From Bugula neritina (lineage: Eukaryota; Animalia; Bryozoa): a stretch of DNA of 64,000 nucleotides. Positions 1-14,900 of the stretch are shown here, in pieces. The position numbers and the translations under genes were made by a program. The number at the start of each line of letters is the position of its first letter. The first letter of the stretch is position 1. Location of the stretch: positions 11,562,633 to 11,626,632 of the forward strand of contig OZ037769.1 in NCBI GenBank assembly GCA_964035545.1, read 5' to 3'. Under the pieces are notes generated by a model that did not search any database, was not told the DNA's origin, and saw only the letters and a list, made by a program, of their open reading frames with translations.

Positions 1-189
1 ACCAGTTTATCAATGTTTAGCCGTCACCACAAAATAAGTAATCCAAGATTTGCGTATTGTTTTTGGACATGTCCCATGCAGCACATTAGTAACTGGTTGA
101 AGTTTTTACAATCGATCATCTCTGCAATCTGCAATGGTAGTGATTCTGGAGCAATTTTTGGCGTAGATGTATAACCTTGCCACGGATAT

Positions 190-750
190 CAGCTTATTTA
201 TTTAGGAGGTTTGTGTACATCTGGTAGTTTTAGCATTGGTGCACTTGTCAGCATTGTCTTGAAGCTAGTGTATGCCTTCTCCTGCGGTTCTTGCCATCTG
301 ACCTTTTTTGGTTCTCCTTTTTTTGTCCAAATCTGTTAGTGGACTTGCTATAGTTGAATAATATGGGATATACTCTCTGTAATAACCAGTAAGTCCAATA
401 AACCATCTTACTTGCGTCCTATTAGTTGGCCTTGGTGCAGCCTTGATTTTCTCGATATTGTCATCCATAGGTTTAATTCCACCCCAGCAAAGTTTATGTC
501 CGGTGAACTCCACATTTGTTCCTCCTATTCTACCCTTATTTGGTCTAAGAGTAAATCCTGCTGTAGCAAGTCGGCTGAAACCCTCTGTTAGCAGTTTTGT
601 GTGTTCTTATGGGAATTCGTTTTACAATCTCCTACGGTTCCTGCCATTTGACTTTTTTTGGTTCTTCCTTTCTTGTTAAATCTGTTAGTGGGCTTGCTAT
701 AGTTGAATAATTTGGGATATACTCTCTGGAATAATCAGCAAGCCCAAAAA
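190..750 (-). mobile_element. Degraded Ty3/Gypsy pol fragment (RT thumb/connection region), partly duplicated
   Basis: ORF 265..513 reads IKAAPRPTNRTQVRWFIGLTGYYREYIP..IASPLTDL, typical Gypsy RT connection sequence. A second partial copy lies at about 630-750. Confidence 0.75.
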
Positions 751-2212
751 ATAAACTAAATGCATAAACATGTATTTTTCAGAAAGTGGAGTCTATTGGG
801 AGGTTTTCATTGTTTTTACACTTGCAAACTTTTAACTGATTTTTACTGGTTTGAGTAGACTATGAACTTTGTCAAGAATGTCAGTGCATAAAATGCTGAC
901 TTGTTGTCCAATCACAAATGATTTGAACCTATTATATATAACTGCCTTCTGTGACACCAAGACAGCACTGGTAGTTGTGGTCATCAGCTGTGGTTGTAAA
1001 CATATAGTGTTTATTGCTAGTTATTCTGAAAATTGCTAGTAAGCCTTTACTTTACTTTAAGCTTTCATTTGTGAACCCCTTTTATAAAAAATTTGAATCC
1101 ATGTTTGCACTACTAACGAATTTAAGTTAGCAAAAGCCAAGGCAATGAGTTAGTTGTATAAAATTATAACAGGGTGCTAACACTTGCTTGGTATGGCCCA
1201 CATTTGCTTACATTCACATAGTTCCTAAGCGTAAACGACTTCAAGAAATAGGAAGGTTAGCTATGATAGTACTCACCAACAACTACCATAGCGGTAATTC
1301 TTTGCAACGATAATAGTAGTAGTAGTTTTTTCATCTTGGAAATCCTAAAAGTAAAATTGAAGCAAATTATTAAGCTGCCATATACACTTTAAATAATTAA
1401 ATGCATTAATGATTACCAACTGTAAACTGTGTCATTTGTAGCAAAAAGCATTAATAAATCCATTTTAGCCAAAGCTATTTAAAAATTTGTATCTACTATA
1501 CCTATGTTCTTATGGTTATATGTGTGAGCATATTTTATCAAAGCAAAAGTTTAACTTCAAGTGCAAGCTTTTAATTTTGCTGTAGTCGGCTCAGAAACCT
1601 TCATAAGCAACACCAACAGCAACCATAGCAGAAATGATGGGCAAAATGAGTATTTCATTTTGGTAATCCTACAAGTGAAATTGAAGCAAATGATGCGAAT
1701 GTATTTTGACACAAACTTGATGAACTTAGCTTTTATTATGTTACAACAAAATGTATGCAATAAACGAAACACAATACGGTATTTTACTTTTATTTTAGTT
1801 GGTGTCTTTCTTCAAAACTAAAGAATATATGCTATAATATTTTTAGTAGATACTGCATAATATTGTTAACATTTCTACATAAAATGCAGAAATGTATCCT
1901 TGAACATATTGAGTCCAACAACAAACTTGAATTTTTTATTTTTCTTTTTCTAGCAAGCGTTGTACTACCAGATGACATTCAGTAAATATTTGGAGTGTAC
2001 CTAGAGTTCTTTACTAAACTGCAGACTGTAAGGTAATGGCTATATTATTATTTAAGCTATCTGTGATTATTATGACCACTCAGTTTTATATTTGTATATC
2101 TAATTTTTGCCCCTTGAATTAAATTGTCTTTTGCACCAACTTATGTTTAGTTATTTGTGGTCATTTGTTGAGTGAGTCACACATTTGACTTGTAACTCAT
2201 GATCTTCTATAA

Positions 2213-2640
2213 TGGACTCTTTTCAGAGGTCCCTAATGTCCCCCCTTACAATTAGGAGTTGTGGTCTGCCAAAATGAAATTTGTTGAGCAATATAGGCTT
2301 GAACTCATTTTTGTGGTTTTGGTTACTGAGCAATACTGAAGTGCCACATCAGCATTGCTCAGTAATCAAAACCACATAAATGCTTTCAAGATTATTTCTG
2401 TTGAAATTATCCATTAACAAATATTTTAGAATCATTTTTTGAACTGCTGATATGTGTGCTTGTACCAAAATATCTATCACCTAAACGATCACTTCTATAG
2501 CATAATTAGTATTCTAAGTAGCAGCCAGATTCTAAATTTTTAATGAGTTTGCTCTTTATGCAAAGGTTCAGCCTATTCCCTTTGGGAGATCACAACTCTT
2601 AATTGTAAAGGGGATATCAGAGACCTCTAAAAAAAGGTCT
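2213..2640. mobile_element. MITE-like element with ~55-bp terminal inverted repeats, shared by both paralogs (also about 46471-46860)
   Basis: Left TTTTCAGAGGTCCCTAATGTCCCCCCTTACAATTAGGAGTTGTGGTCT mirrors right AGATCACAACTCTTAATTGTAAAGGGGATATCAGAGACCTCTAAAAA. Internal hairpin also present. Confidence 0.6.
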
Positions 2641-2953
2641 ATTCACTGTTGTATATTGATTATAATATTTCATCATATTACCAACTAACTCTCTATCATA
2701 CAGTTTGATCAAATAATATTTACTTTTACTCATTTTTAATCTCCAAATATTACTGTTTTTTCAATTATTATCTTGATAATGATCTTTGTGGTAGTAACTT
2801 TTGTTTCCTGTTTTGTTGGAGAGTCTGGTTCCACAGGATGTAGAGTTGATTTCTGATTGTTACAGATAAGCCAGGACATGTTAGTAACAGATACAGAGAT
2901 TCTGATTGGCTGCTATAGAATAGATGTTGAGTACTATTGGCTGATTTCACTCA

Positions 2954-5900
2954 ATGGCGGAAGGTATGTCAGTTCTAGTGAACCAAGTAAATATAATATT
3001 TAGTAGTTTTACCATTATTCAAGTAACTTATATAAAATTATACAAACTTAACTCCTAATGCATGCTTCTGAAAAATTGTATGACTCAATGATGACTATTT
3101 TCTTTCATATCTCAAGTTTATGCATTTTGAGTTCGTTTTTTAGAACTTACAATTTAAATATATTAAAATTGTAATCAAGAATTATATGACCACAAATTTG
3201 TACCAGCTAACTATTTGTTACTGCAATATGCCAGCATCTATTCCTGGTCTGTCAGATGAAGGATATGTGTTTGACAAATCTAACTTGCTGCTATAGCATA
3301 ATATAAACTGGGTCATTTTACTTAATTTAGTACACACTTGAAATCTCCAGCTTTTAGCTTTTTTCACAATTTAGCTGATAATGTATATAGATTTTTGCCC
3401 AAAATTAATAAAATATCAATAAATGCAAATAAATAACCAAGGTTCTTTTCAACTTTGCTTCATTTTCCATGTTTTTCCTAATCATTTAGATGTTTTGGAT
3501 TTGCGGACCGCTATAGATGTACATTACATTGTATGGGTACATATAACTTGCAGAGAGAAGATATTATGTATGGTTTAACTCTGTCAGTATAGAAGAATCT
3601 GATAGAGAATGGATGAAGAATATTCCAGATAAATGCTACACAATAAATGGGTTGAGACATGAAAGTAAACGGCATACCATCACTCATGTTATACTGTGGT
3701 TTAGCATTCCTCCAGATATTCACAATCTCTTCCCTCATCTCACACATTTGTTGTTGAAGGGTATAGGCTCATCTGCCAGGCGTAACAGGTAATGAAACTC
3801 CTCATAATATATTGTATTATTTAATATGTTGTTTATAAAACTTGTTTACCAAAATGTGCGTGTTTGTGTGGGAGTGGACATGAAACATGAACTTCTGTGA
3901 CTCATCACCTCTTAGTATACTAATATTTATATTCTGGTAGTAGAGGAATTAATACATGCCTGTTATTTTACAGAATATCTGAGTTAAAAACTCTCAAGAA
4001 ACTGAATGTGTCCAGGCATTTGCTGTCTGATGATATACCAGATGATATGTTCGAATCTTTACAATCACTGAGAGAGTTGAATATCATTGGTTGTAGCCTC
4101 AGAACTCTACCAAAGAGGTGTGTACTGTGTAGTAGAATTGTGGGTTAGAAGGTGATTGAGTGTTGGAGCATAACTCCGTAATGTGCAAGACAAGATGGGT
4201 TTTCCAAATAGTGTAGAATAATCTTTATTGTAGTCTGAGCAATGATATGTGTGTCTTGATCTAGCGAGCTCCAGTGGTAGACTGATCTACGCTGTGAGCT
4301 CACCTCCTTATATACTGGGAAAAAGTTCCTTCGGGAAACTTCTGCCGATCGCGTCCGAGAATCGGGGTTCCCGTGAAGATGTCGGAGTCACCGACATGTC
4401 CGATCGCATTCAATTGAGTCCGATCGGATCCGACAATCGAATGCCCCAAACCCAGTCTGAGATCTCGACATCCTCACACCTCCGACTCTCGGCCGAGATC
4501 GACTTACATAATTGCACAAAAATGATTATATAATATAAAATAGGAAAGACAAATCTGCATTATTATACGCTAAAATTCACTTCAACTGTACTTATAATTA
4601 ATTATGGTAAAATGATACTGTATGCTGTCCAATGAATTCAAAAGAATATCTACCTCATTAATGTAAATTGTTTGCATGTTATAATATAAGACTGCATTAA
4701 TAGCAGAAGATGCAGTGTAATGAATATTATATTGTAACATTAAAAGGAAACATATACGTGTCGGTTATATTACAGCATATCTCAACTGAGAAATCTTGAA
4801 ATACTAAATATGCCAAGGAATAATCTGTCTAATAATCTACCTGATGATATGTTCACATCGTTACAATCACTGAAAGAGTTGAATATCAGCGGCTGCACAC
4901 TCACCACTCTACCAATGAGGTGTTTACTGTATATATAATTAATTACTATATGTTGTCATGGTAACAACTCTCAACAGAGTCCTACATTGGATGAATTTCT
5001 CTCCACTAAAAACCAGAATTATATTATGTTTTGCATTTAATGCTTTGCTCTGTGTAACATGATAAGAACTAACTCTCATCGTATGCTATTCTCAGCTTCT
5101 GCAACACTGAGCTGCCAGCCATGAAAGTTTAAACTTTGAACTTTCAAGTTACTAGTTTCTACATAACTGAACAGTTATTTCAATATCTGTCCTATGGGAC
5201 TCTTCAGCTATGCTGAACCAGTAGAAGGATATTTTGTTGAAGTAAAATGTACAACAGCGCCGAGTATGAATAAGTCTTGTTTTACATATTTCACAAGTTG
5301 TTTTTAGCATATATGATGTTCTATTCTAGCATATAATGTACTCTGTTAATTGCATATATATATACACATATATACATATATATATATATATATATGTGTG
5401 TTTTTTCAAGTAATTTGTTTTGCTTGCAGTATATAGTATAATAAAAAAATCATCAAAACAGATTATATTAATATGTACAAAATAATTATCTTGCAGCAAT
5501 AGAAGGGACTATATACACTTCCGTTATATTACAGCATGTCTCGACTGCGAAATCTTCAGATACTGAATGTGTCATGGAATAGGTTGTCTGGCAATCTACT
5601 AGCTGATATGCTCACATCTTTACAATCACTGAAGGAGTTGAATATCAGTGATTGTCATCTCAGAACACTACCAAAGAGGTGTGGACTGTATATATTCATA
5701 ACATAATATTTATAGTAGAACGAGGCTGTATGCTGTCCTAAGAAATTCACTTTTCCACCTCTTAGTTTAAAGCTATAACCTTTCATCACCTCAGCACATA
5801 AATTACATTTTGAAAAGAGATGATTTTTTGTAATTTTACTGCATCCTGGGGGTACTAGGCTGATTTTTGTAACCACTGAAGTCAGGAGTTCTCATACATA

Positions 5901-8900
5901 ACTTTGTATATGTAAACATTTTTTAAATAATTCTCAAGTTGCCTTTATACCTTCACGATTTTCGGTCAGAATTTCAATTTGGCCGGGTTGAAATATCTCC
6001 AAGTTGCATTGCATTGTAAAAGCCACTCGTAAAAATTTTAGAATAGGAGTAATAACTCCTTGTAAACATCGTTATTTAGTTATTACTTTGGCGATTAGAC
6101 GAAGTACTTATACGGTTATAATTATATAGCCTACGCCTTCTCAATTATCGCTTTTATGCTGTCCGCTTCACTAATTCACGACGTTTACAAAGGGCATCAA
6201 ATAGCTATTATGTGAGTCAAATTTCAATTTCAGAAAGTGAGTAACCGCATCAATATGATTTCAACGAGTTTCAGTTTGACTATAAAGGGGTACCCGGACA
6301 AGAATTATTAACTTAAACTCGGTACTTTTTTCAGCAGAGGTATAAACGCAACTTCATACCTGTTCAAATTAAAGCATGGTGTTTGCATGTATAACTGCCC
6401 TACACCAGTAGTGCATATATGAATAACAGTTAATGGTTCAAGTATAAAAGGTTTAATAATGTAATGGATTTTCACCCTCTTTTAGTTTCGAAATAACAGC
6501 GTGCAACAGTATATTATAAATACTGTTGCGTATCATTCTTAATTCTGTAATTATAGTTAAGTAAGTTAGCTTGCTAATGCCTAAGTATGGTAATTACTGT
6601 TAAAGCTCAACATAATGTAATTTTACTGAAATACGCATTCTGAAGTTATGTAATATTTCTTTTACTAATGTTGCTTTCTTTTGTGTGTGTCCTTTGTTGC
6701 TGAGATCGGCATTTCGGTCTTCCGAAATGCCGATATGCCGAAAATCGGCGTTTCGGCATTTCGGAGTCCCGAAGTGCCGATATTCGGCATTTCGGAACCC
6801 CGATCTCGGCAACAAAGGAATGTCTTTGTCTCGCTTGTATATAAAAGCCAGCGAGTTCCAGTGTAGTTCAGACTACTACTGGAGCTCGCTGGAAGTAGGA
6901 CCACATAAGCTGTATTTGATGCTAATAAAGTTATCTTCATTCGTATTCAGAATACTTGGCTTATTCTCTCTAGAGCATGTAGGCACTAGTTGCATTCAAA
7001 ACCCACAAGTTTACTACAATAATGCACCGGTAGCAATGGGTATCTTCATGCGTAGAATGTTATATTCTTTGCAACAATGAAGCTTGGGTCAAACTACTTT
7101 TTTTTGGCAATTTTTTAAATCTAATCATGTTCTATTGATATTTAATCAAAATGGCTTCAAAAGGAAAAAGCATCTTGAATTGAATTTTGATTATTCCAGA
7201 CCTGAATCAACTTGAAGTAATCGCAGGAATACTGTACTAGCTGATGGTAGAATCTGTGATCTGATTATCTGATATTTGTGTATCAATTCAAAGTTTTATA
7301 GCTTGTTCAGATACGACACATTTGCATTCGTTGGGTCCAACGAATGCCCAACAGACAACCATCCCACCTCTTTGTCGCCAAATGCAGTAGTAATGTATAG
7401 TTGCTTAGCAACGATACTTTACTAGTAAAGTTGTTACTAGTTAAATTTGATCATAGTTGTGCTGATGACAAAGTAAAATTTTGCATTTATAATGAATCAA
7501 ATATCACAAATTCAAATTATGACAAATATGACATTTACTAGCTAAACAAAAGCTGAAAATTTAGTAAATTTATGTTTAACAGCAGTTGGACCATGAAAAG
7601 TAAATAATGACACGTAAAACTGATTGCCGTGTTGGTGTTTTTATATCAAACTCAAACTGATTATTTATTCTTTCGTAGCCTTTCACTACTTATTACTTAT
7701 ATTTTTTGTTGCTGCTCAATAAAAAAATAAAATGCCCTGTTTTATTGTATTTTCCCCATAAAATAACTATTACTAAGACGTTTTAGCTGAACTAATAGAG
7801 GCTGGTAGTGACTACTTTGTGTGAAATGATTCAGTTGCATCAATTTCAATTTAACCGCATGTTAACTATTTTCAGATCACTGCTACTCATTGTGCACATC
7901 GACTCAGTTGTTTACGTGCATCTTTTAGTCGGGATCACAAAGATCATACAGTACAGCTGGTTGCTCTAGCAGTTTCTATAAAAAAAAACCTACTTCTGCC
8001 ATGAAAACTGCTTGAAATAATTTTTAGATGCTGCTGACTAATGAAATAATATGCTTCCTACAAATTTACTCAATTTAACTAATTATTATTTATTATTATT
8101 ACTAAATTATTGGTTATTTAATTTAGTTACCAGCAATGCCGCTTGAGCAACTTGTTTGCCATGTATGCCCGCGTTCTTGGCTTTTTGAAATAAGCCAATG
8201 ATGTGCGATCAGATAAAATTCGCCAGCTGAAACCTAGCTTGGTAAGGTTCCAACAATTTTTGAAAAGTTAATCACGTGATCCAAAACGAACAAAATCTGT
8301 GTTCATTGTGCCATTATGGCCCGCTATTCGTCCAATTCGTTGACCGTTTGAATAAGCTATTAACATAAATTTGATTTTCACATGGTCTGTGATTTGCTTC
8401 AATCTGCTTTCTAAACTTTAGCTCACAGTCATTTTATTTTAGTATACAGAACCTCCAGGATTTACAGAGGCTAGACATATCAGACAATGTATTCACCAAC
8501 ATTCCACCTTTTGTGTACACATTGAGTAGTCTGCAAGAGCTGGATATATCCGACAATAACCGTCTGAAGTCTCTAGACCCTGAGATATTACAGCTGACTC
8601 AGCTTCATGCACTGAATACAGACGATTGTGATGCTCTCACAACTCCTCCACTAGAAGTGTGTAGAGGCGGATTAAATGCTGTTAGACAATATTACAAGGA
8701 TTTAGCTCAAGGCTCCGGAAAGAATATTCCATTCGCTACAGTTGCTGTGCTTGGTAATACAATGGCAGGAAAAACAAGTTTAGTTAGAACATTGCAAAAT
8801 CGTGACAGAAAGAGAGTCTTGACTGACAGAAGCCCGGAAGCTGCCGTAGATGAGACGACAAAAGTCTTCAATGTTCAAGAAGTTGAAGTAAATGGAACAG

Positions 8901-11900
8901 TGCTGCGTGTCCTTGACATGGGGGGACAGGAAGTGTATCACGCAACATATCAACTCACTCTGAGACAAAACTGTATACCAGTTGTTGTAGTCAATATGGA
9001 AGAATATGACAGCCTTTCTACAAAGTTTTCCAGTAGAGAAGCTGTGAGAAGATTAGCCTTTGACTACATGTCTCACCTCTATCTGGCCAATCCAGCTCTT
9101 GGTGCACCTAAGCTCATCTTGACTCATAGAGACAAATTTACGAGCACCAAATTTCTAGAACAAAAATCGTCGTTTCTCAGCTTAGTGAATCAAATAAGTG
9201 CTGAGTTTGTTGAGGAAGAGATAGAGGTTGGTGGTGAGTTTTGTCAAATTCAACATTTCAAGGAATCAGCAGGTGGAATCTTCATTGATGATGACATTTA
9301 TGAAGTCGGAGTTGATGATGAATATGAAGTGTTCGACCAGATCAAAAAATCTCTTTTTCAAAGCAGTCAAACTTTTGTCAAGCCTCTGCCTTTGGTTTGG
9401 GAAGAAGTAAATGATGGGGTTCTGTTTTTAGAATCTGCCTATAACTCATTTTGGTTTGTTCTGGCTATGTTAAGGCTGCAAAATCTACAACTTGAATTTA
9501 GTCAGCTGGACATTATTCTTACTTACATGCACGATTGTGGTAAGATTCTGTGGTACAAAAATCTGGATACCCTGAAGCCTTACATCTTTCACAAGACATC
9601 AGAAGTTACCAAACTTCTAACAGTTCTGTATCATCACGATCCCAGTGTATGGGACAGCCGGCACCAGTTCCTGCCATTTCTTTCTGGTCATAACAACTTT
9701 GAGATACAACATTTCGAAGCATCAGTAAGTCATTTCATTGAAACCGGTGTTTTAACACAGAATCTCTTAAACCATTTGATAAAAACTCAAACCGAATTCA
9801 AGAACCACAATGATGTGGAAGTTGCTATTCGCCTGCTTAAGACTTTCCACCTGCTGCACGGTCCGAAACATCATCAATCTGGTGATGAATCCACCGAATT
9901 GTGTTTTATTGCACCGCAATTTGCTAGAGAATACTTGAATATTGAGTACCAGTCACCAAAACGAATGTGCCTCCATGTTGGAATTCTGTTCAATGGCCTA
10001 GCGTTACCACACTACGTTTACCATAAGATGACTGTTGGTTTACTAAAGCAGTTTCCTGATGAAGTTGCTGATATCAAAGTCAAGAGAAACGGGGTGGATG
10101 TGTATCAAGATGAAATATACACAAGGCTGGTACACGACTACAAGTCAAGAAAAGTGCTTTTATTTGTCTCATCAGATGCAGAAAACATTTGCAGAATGTG
10201 GCAGATATTGACTACTTCTACTAACAGCATCCTCAGGCATGTTTTAGAAACATGGCCCGCATGCAGACCAGTCCCAACAGTTCACTGTGGTCACTGTTTG
10301 TTGCTAGGCAACCCTCATCCTATAAAGAAAACATCACCTCAGTGGTGTCTTCGCTCTGTAAACTCGGCTGTACCTCATGTCAAATCATATAAAGGATCCT
10401 CAACAATCAAGTGCCAAGGAGAAGTAATCCCTGCTGCTTTACTCTATCCATGTATGTTGATTTCGGTTAATTAATCCACTTGTTTATTTATTATGAATAC
10501 ATAAATAAGTTCTGGGCCATGATGCTGATTTAATAACATTTAGACATAGCGGTTGTATATATGATATATATTTTGCACTCTGAGATATACTTTTTATAAT
10601 ATAAATGTGTAAAGGATCTCATTGAATCCTATATAATGCAGCTCATAAAGCTCTTTCTCTTTCCTCTATTGATGAGTATTTTATGCACATGAATATTTTC
10701 ATGCGAAATATATTCACTCAAACAGTAATTGCTGCCTAAAAATCTGTAAGTTATTGAATATTTCATAAACAGGTTTTCAAATAGTTTGCTTTATTGCATA
10801 GCAAAGCCTTATTCCATGTTATCTAATGAATATTCCTCTTTACCACCTCTCTTTAATCACAATCTGAAGAATATTTGCTATATTATGTTGTTAAACCATC
10901 TTATCACATTACAGGTGAGACTCTATCAGAAGCTGATTCTGAGAAGTTTAAAAGTGCTGTCAGTGAATTGATTGCCAGAGGAGAGAGAAATCAACCAGAT
11001 ACTTCAGGTAGAGAAATGCATATTATTATATATATATGGCTGAGCCTCTAAATCTAACTCTTGTTAAAAATGAAGATGTGGGATTTCTAGATGTTACAGT
11101 GCCTTTAGTTTGGTTACCTTTGCAGTTCCATTGTATGCTAGACTACAACTTTATAGAGTGACTAACGTAACGCTTTTCAAAGTAATTTTTTTCATTTAGA
11201 TTCCATAGCAGTACCTTTGTACGCTGCTCATTTTTGCTTTCTTGTTTAAATCAATCATACTTTGTATAGAATCTAAATTTCAAGACATTAACTCTGTTGC
11301 ACTAAAAAACTGGTACATTGTTTTGTGTTCTCCAGTTGAAAATAACGACCAATCAGATCTGAGAACTGAGGAGGTTACAGCCAATGATGATCTGAGTGAT
11401 CTCTCCGATGAAGACGAGTATTTGTACCCTGATAAAGAGAAAGGTGTGCAAATGAGGTTGATAAGACCCAAGCTGGAAACGACTACAAACTTGAAAATCA
11501 AGCAACTTTTTTTCAAACACTGATAGGGTAATATTTCGTATAATCTAACATAATATTTAAAGGCAAACAGGTGAAGAACATATGTAAAATCTTTCTATGC
11601 AAACAAGTCATTATTTCCAGTTTATAACTGCAGGTATACAGTATGACACGCAAAAGAGGAAGAGCTCTGATAATAAACAACAAGAACTTTGATAAGAGAC
11701 CCGATCTGTGTAGGGCAGGTTCAGATGTTGATGTGGAGAATATGTCTGTAATGTTGAAGGACTTCAAATTTGATGTTGTGACACATACAGATCTGAAAAC
11801 AGAGGTAGGTATGGTGTGACAAGACAGTTTCTACTGAATATAAGCTTATGGTTTGTGTATTGTCATATTGTAAAGCTTGCTGACTCAGCACTTACCAACA

Positions 11901-14900
11901 CATATGTAACAGCAGCTTCTGTAGGAAGTGCGTTTCTACTAAACTAAGTCGAGGCATCTATTAGAATAAAAACATTATTCAGATAGTTCATAACACAAAT
12001 TTTCCAGGCTATTCTGTCTACCATTAAAAATGAAGTACAACGTGAGGAACATGAAGATTTGGGATGTCATGTGTTGGTTATCATGACTCATGGGGGTGTG
12101 GGTGGTTTCATTTATGGAGTAGACATGAAGAAAGTGAGTCTCACTCATGTGTATGACCTGTTGACCCCACTGAACTTTCCTGGAATGTCTGGGAAACCAA
12201 AGATTATCATTCTGGAAACTTGTAGTGGAAGTAAGTGTTTCTACAGTTAGTAGAAAGTGCTTTGAGAGAGGATTGAAAGTAATTTTCAGATTACTCAAAG
12301 CTTAATCTGCTATCAGTTTAGTTAATTGAATCATTGTAATTTAGTAATGAATGAGCAATAGACTATGTAAATTTAGTATATTTAGGCCTACTACTTTGTA
12401 CCAACTCTAAAACACTCACCACTATTACTTATATAGGTTTCTGCAAGTTCAAATGCAAAGTGCATGCTTCTAGAAAATAGCTGTGCAACTTTTATTACAT
12501 GCATTAATCTATTTCATATCTTAAATTTATGAATCATTAGTTCATTTTTCAAAATGTTCAAATTAAGTGCTCAAAAGATGCAAATCAAAAATACAAGTAT
12601 AAAATAAAACCCTGGTTCAGTTTGACCACAGCCCCAGCTGTTTGGCAAAACACACTTATGGCATTTTTCTTGACATGGTGGTGAATAAGCTGGTTGTTTT
12701 TGACAGTTGGGTAATGGTGAAAGACAGCAGCTTTACACATTTATTCTGGCATTCCAAAGTACTCTGAGAGAACCTTTGTATTTTGCCCAGCTGAGTAAAA
12801 CATGTATTGAAAACTCATTAGTAAAATTGTTGATGTTATTGCAGTAGCTTCAGAGCTAAGTGCAAATATTTGATCCAGCAATGACTTGAGGCTGATTAAT
12901 TCAACTTGAATATCACTTACAAAACGTGGCAAATTGCATAAAGCATTACTTCACAGTTGAAAGAACTTAGAGTTTAGACTATATTGTCCCATGGCTGATG
13001 TCATACCATTTGTAAAATAATCATGTTGTTTCGCCAAGTAAATTGTATACAAGAAAGGGTTATCAACATGGTACTATGATGATGATACCAACTAACAATA
13101 TAGACCTACATGCAAGGCACTACACGCTGATGCTGACTTTTATACAAAATTTCTACATTATCTATTGCTAATAGCTGTGCGCTTAAACCCTTGCAGATGA
13201 AATATGTGATTGAGTAAAAAACTACTGCTATACAAATTTAAAATAAAATAGTAGTGGGTACACCTGCAAATAATTCATGGTTAGGGTAGGTTAATGCATT
13301 TGTAATGTGCATGTAAAACAATTTTTTAAATTATTACATAAAAGTAAACTGAAGCACACAAAGTAATCAGACTATGAGAATGTATTTAGTGAAATGTTGT
13401 AGATAACTGCAGCATGAACAGACTATAAAACTCAACCAAAAAGGGGCGCGTACCAATTCTAAAATATCACCATTATAACTTATATAAAACTCTACATTTT
13501 TAAATGCACTTTTAGGCCAATCAGATACAAGCATCGGCTGGTCATGAAGAACCCAGCCAATCAGAATTGTGTAATGCTGTTGTGTTTCACGGGCTGCCCA
13601 ACTGCTAAAGACAACCAGCTCATTCACCACTATGTCAATAAAAATGCCATTAAGTGTGTTTTGCCAAAACAGCTGTGGCTGTGGTCAAACTGCACCAGGG
13701 TGTTATTTTATACTTGTACTTTTGATTTGCATTTTTTGAGCACATAATTTAAACATTTTGAAAAATGAATTCATGATTCATAAATTTAAGATATGAAATA
13801 AAATAATGCATGTAATAAAAGTTTCACAGCTATTTTCTAGAAGCATGCATTTTGCATTTAAACTTGCAGAAGTTTATATAAGTTATAGTGGTGAGTATTG
13901 TAGTGAATTTTGCCAGTTCACTATTATTATTTGTGGGTCTACTTAATCAAAGCCACTGCGACAGGTTGTTTACGATAAGATACTTTATTATTTACACAAA
14001 TATAAGAAGGTTATTTATTTACTGCTAGCATGAATAGAAAACGATTACATAATTAGTGAGCTTTAATACACAACTGTTCTAAATGAAGTCCCAAGCTGCT
14101 CTGCCGGCTAGCTACTCAGCGCACTGCAACTACGAGTAGCTAGCTCCACCTGCTATCAATTAGTGTGACTGTCCTGATTGGCTAGCGTTAGTGGTGCCAC
14201 TGTCGACTGTAAGATATTGTCGGGTAACGTCTACGCCGAGTCGTCTCTGTCGCTACTAATTAACTCCATCACCATAAGCATAACACTAGCATCTGCTACT
14301 AAGCAGCTAACTGCCAGTGCAAACCATCTACGCCTCCTACAGTTGTTGATTCCATTTAACTAGTCTTGCCTTGTTTAACTGCGTGCATTAGTAGCTAGCA
14401 ATAATTGTCCAGCAGATTGTACGCATTCCAATCGTCAGCTATTATGATAATTGATCTCCAGTACTTATAGCCATTATGCCAAGCGTATAGAGAGTAAGCC
14501 ACCAAGAGTTATCCTTTCGATAATAACATAATCTGAAATCCATTACACTCTCCTCACCTATCGAAAGGTACACTCTCTAACTAATACACAATTAAAAAAA
14601 GAATATAACACATGACAAAAAAACAGTATAATATAAAATCAGTATCCTACTCGTTAGTCACAAGAGTTCCGACACACACACAATCTATTTACATCACCTC
14701 CACGAAGAATAAGTACCAGTTGCTACCAGTCAGAGGGGTACGGGGAAGTCGGGGTCGTCAGGTTACTTTGCTAGTCGTCCCTCGCGTCTCGTGTGTAGTT
14801 TAGTCACTTCAGCAGCCACCTGTTCCTGTTCCTCGCAGAGACGAGCCATACGTCACTGTAGCTTCTTTACATTCGTCGACAGGAACTGGTCGAGACTAGT

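Noticed and set aside
6600-7080. Overlapping ORFs on both strands
   Set aside because: Produced by a short GC-rich palindromic repeat in an intron; no protein similarity recognised.
8513-10474. 653-aa ORF as a complete stand-alone gene (also 57596..59560)
   Set aside because: It starts at GTG inside an LRR, the frame is open back to an acceptor at 8442, and a donor at 10452 precedes the stop. It is an internal exon.
10915-11527. Death-fold (CARD/DED/DD) or kinase domain between COR and caspase; naming the gene LRRK2, DAPK1 or MFHAS1
   Set aside because: Only about 95 mostly acidic, low-complexity residues lie there and there are no kinase motifs. Orthology cannot be assigned from the sequence alone.
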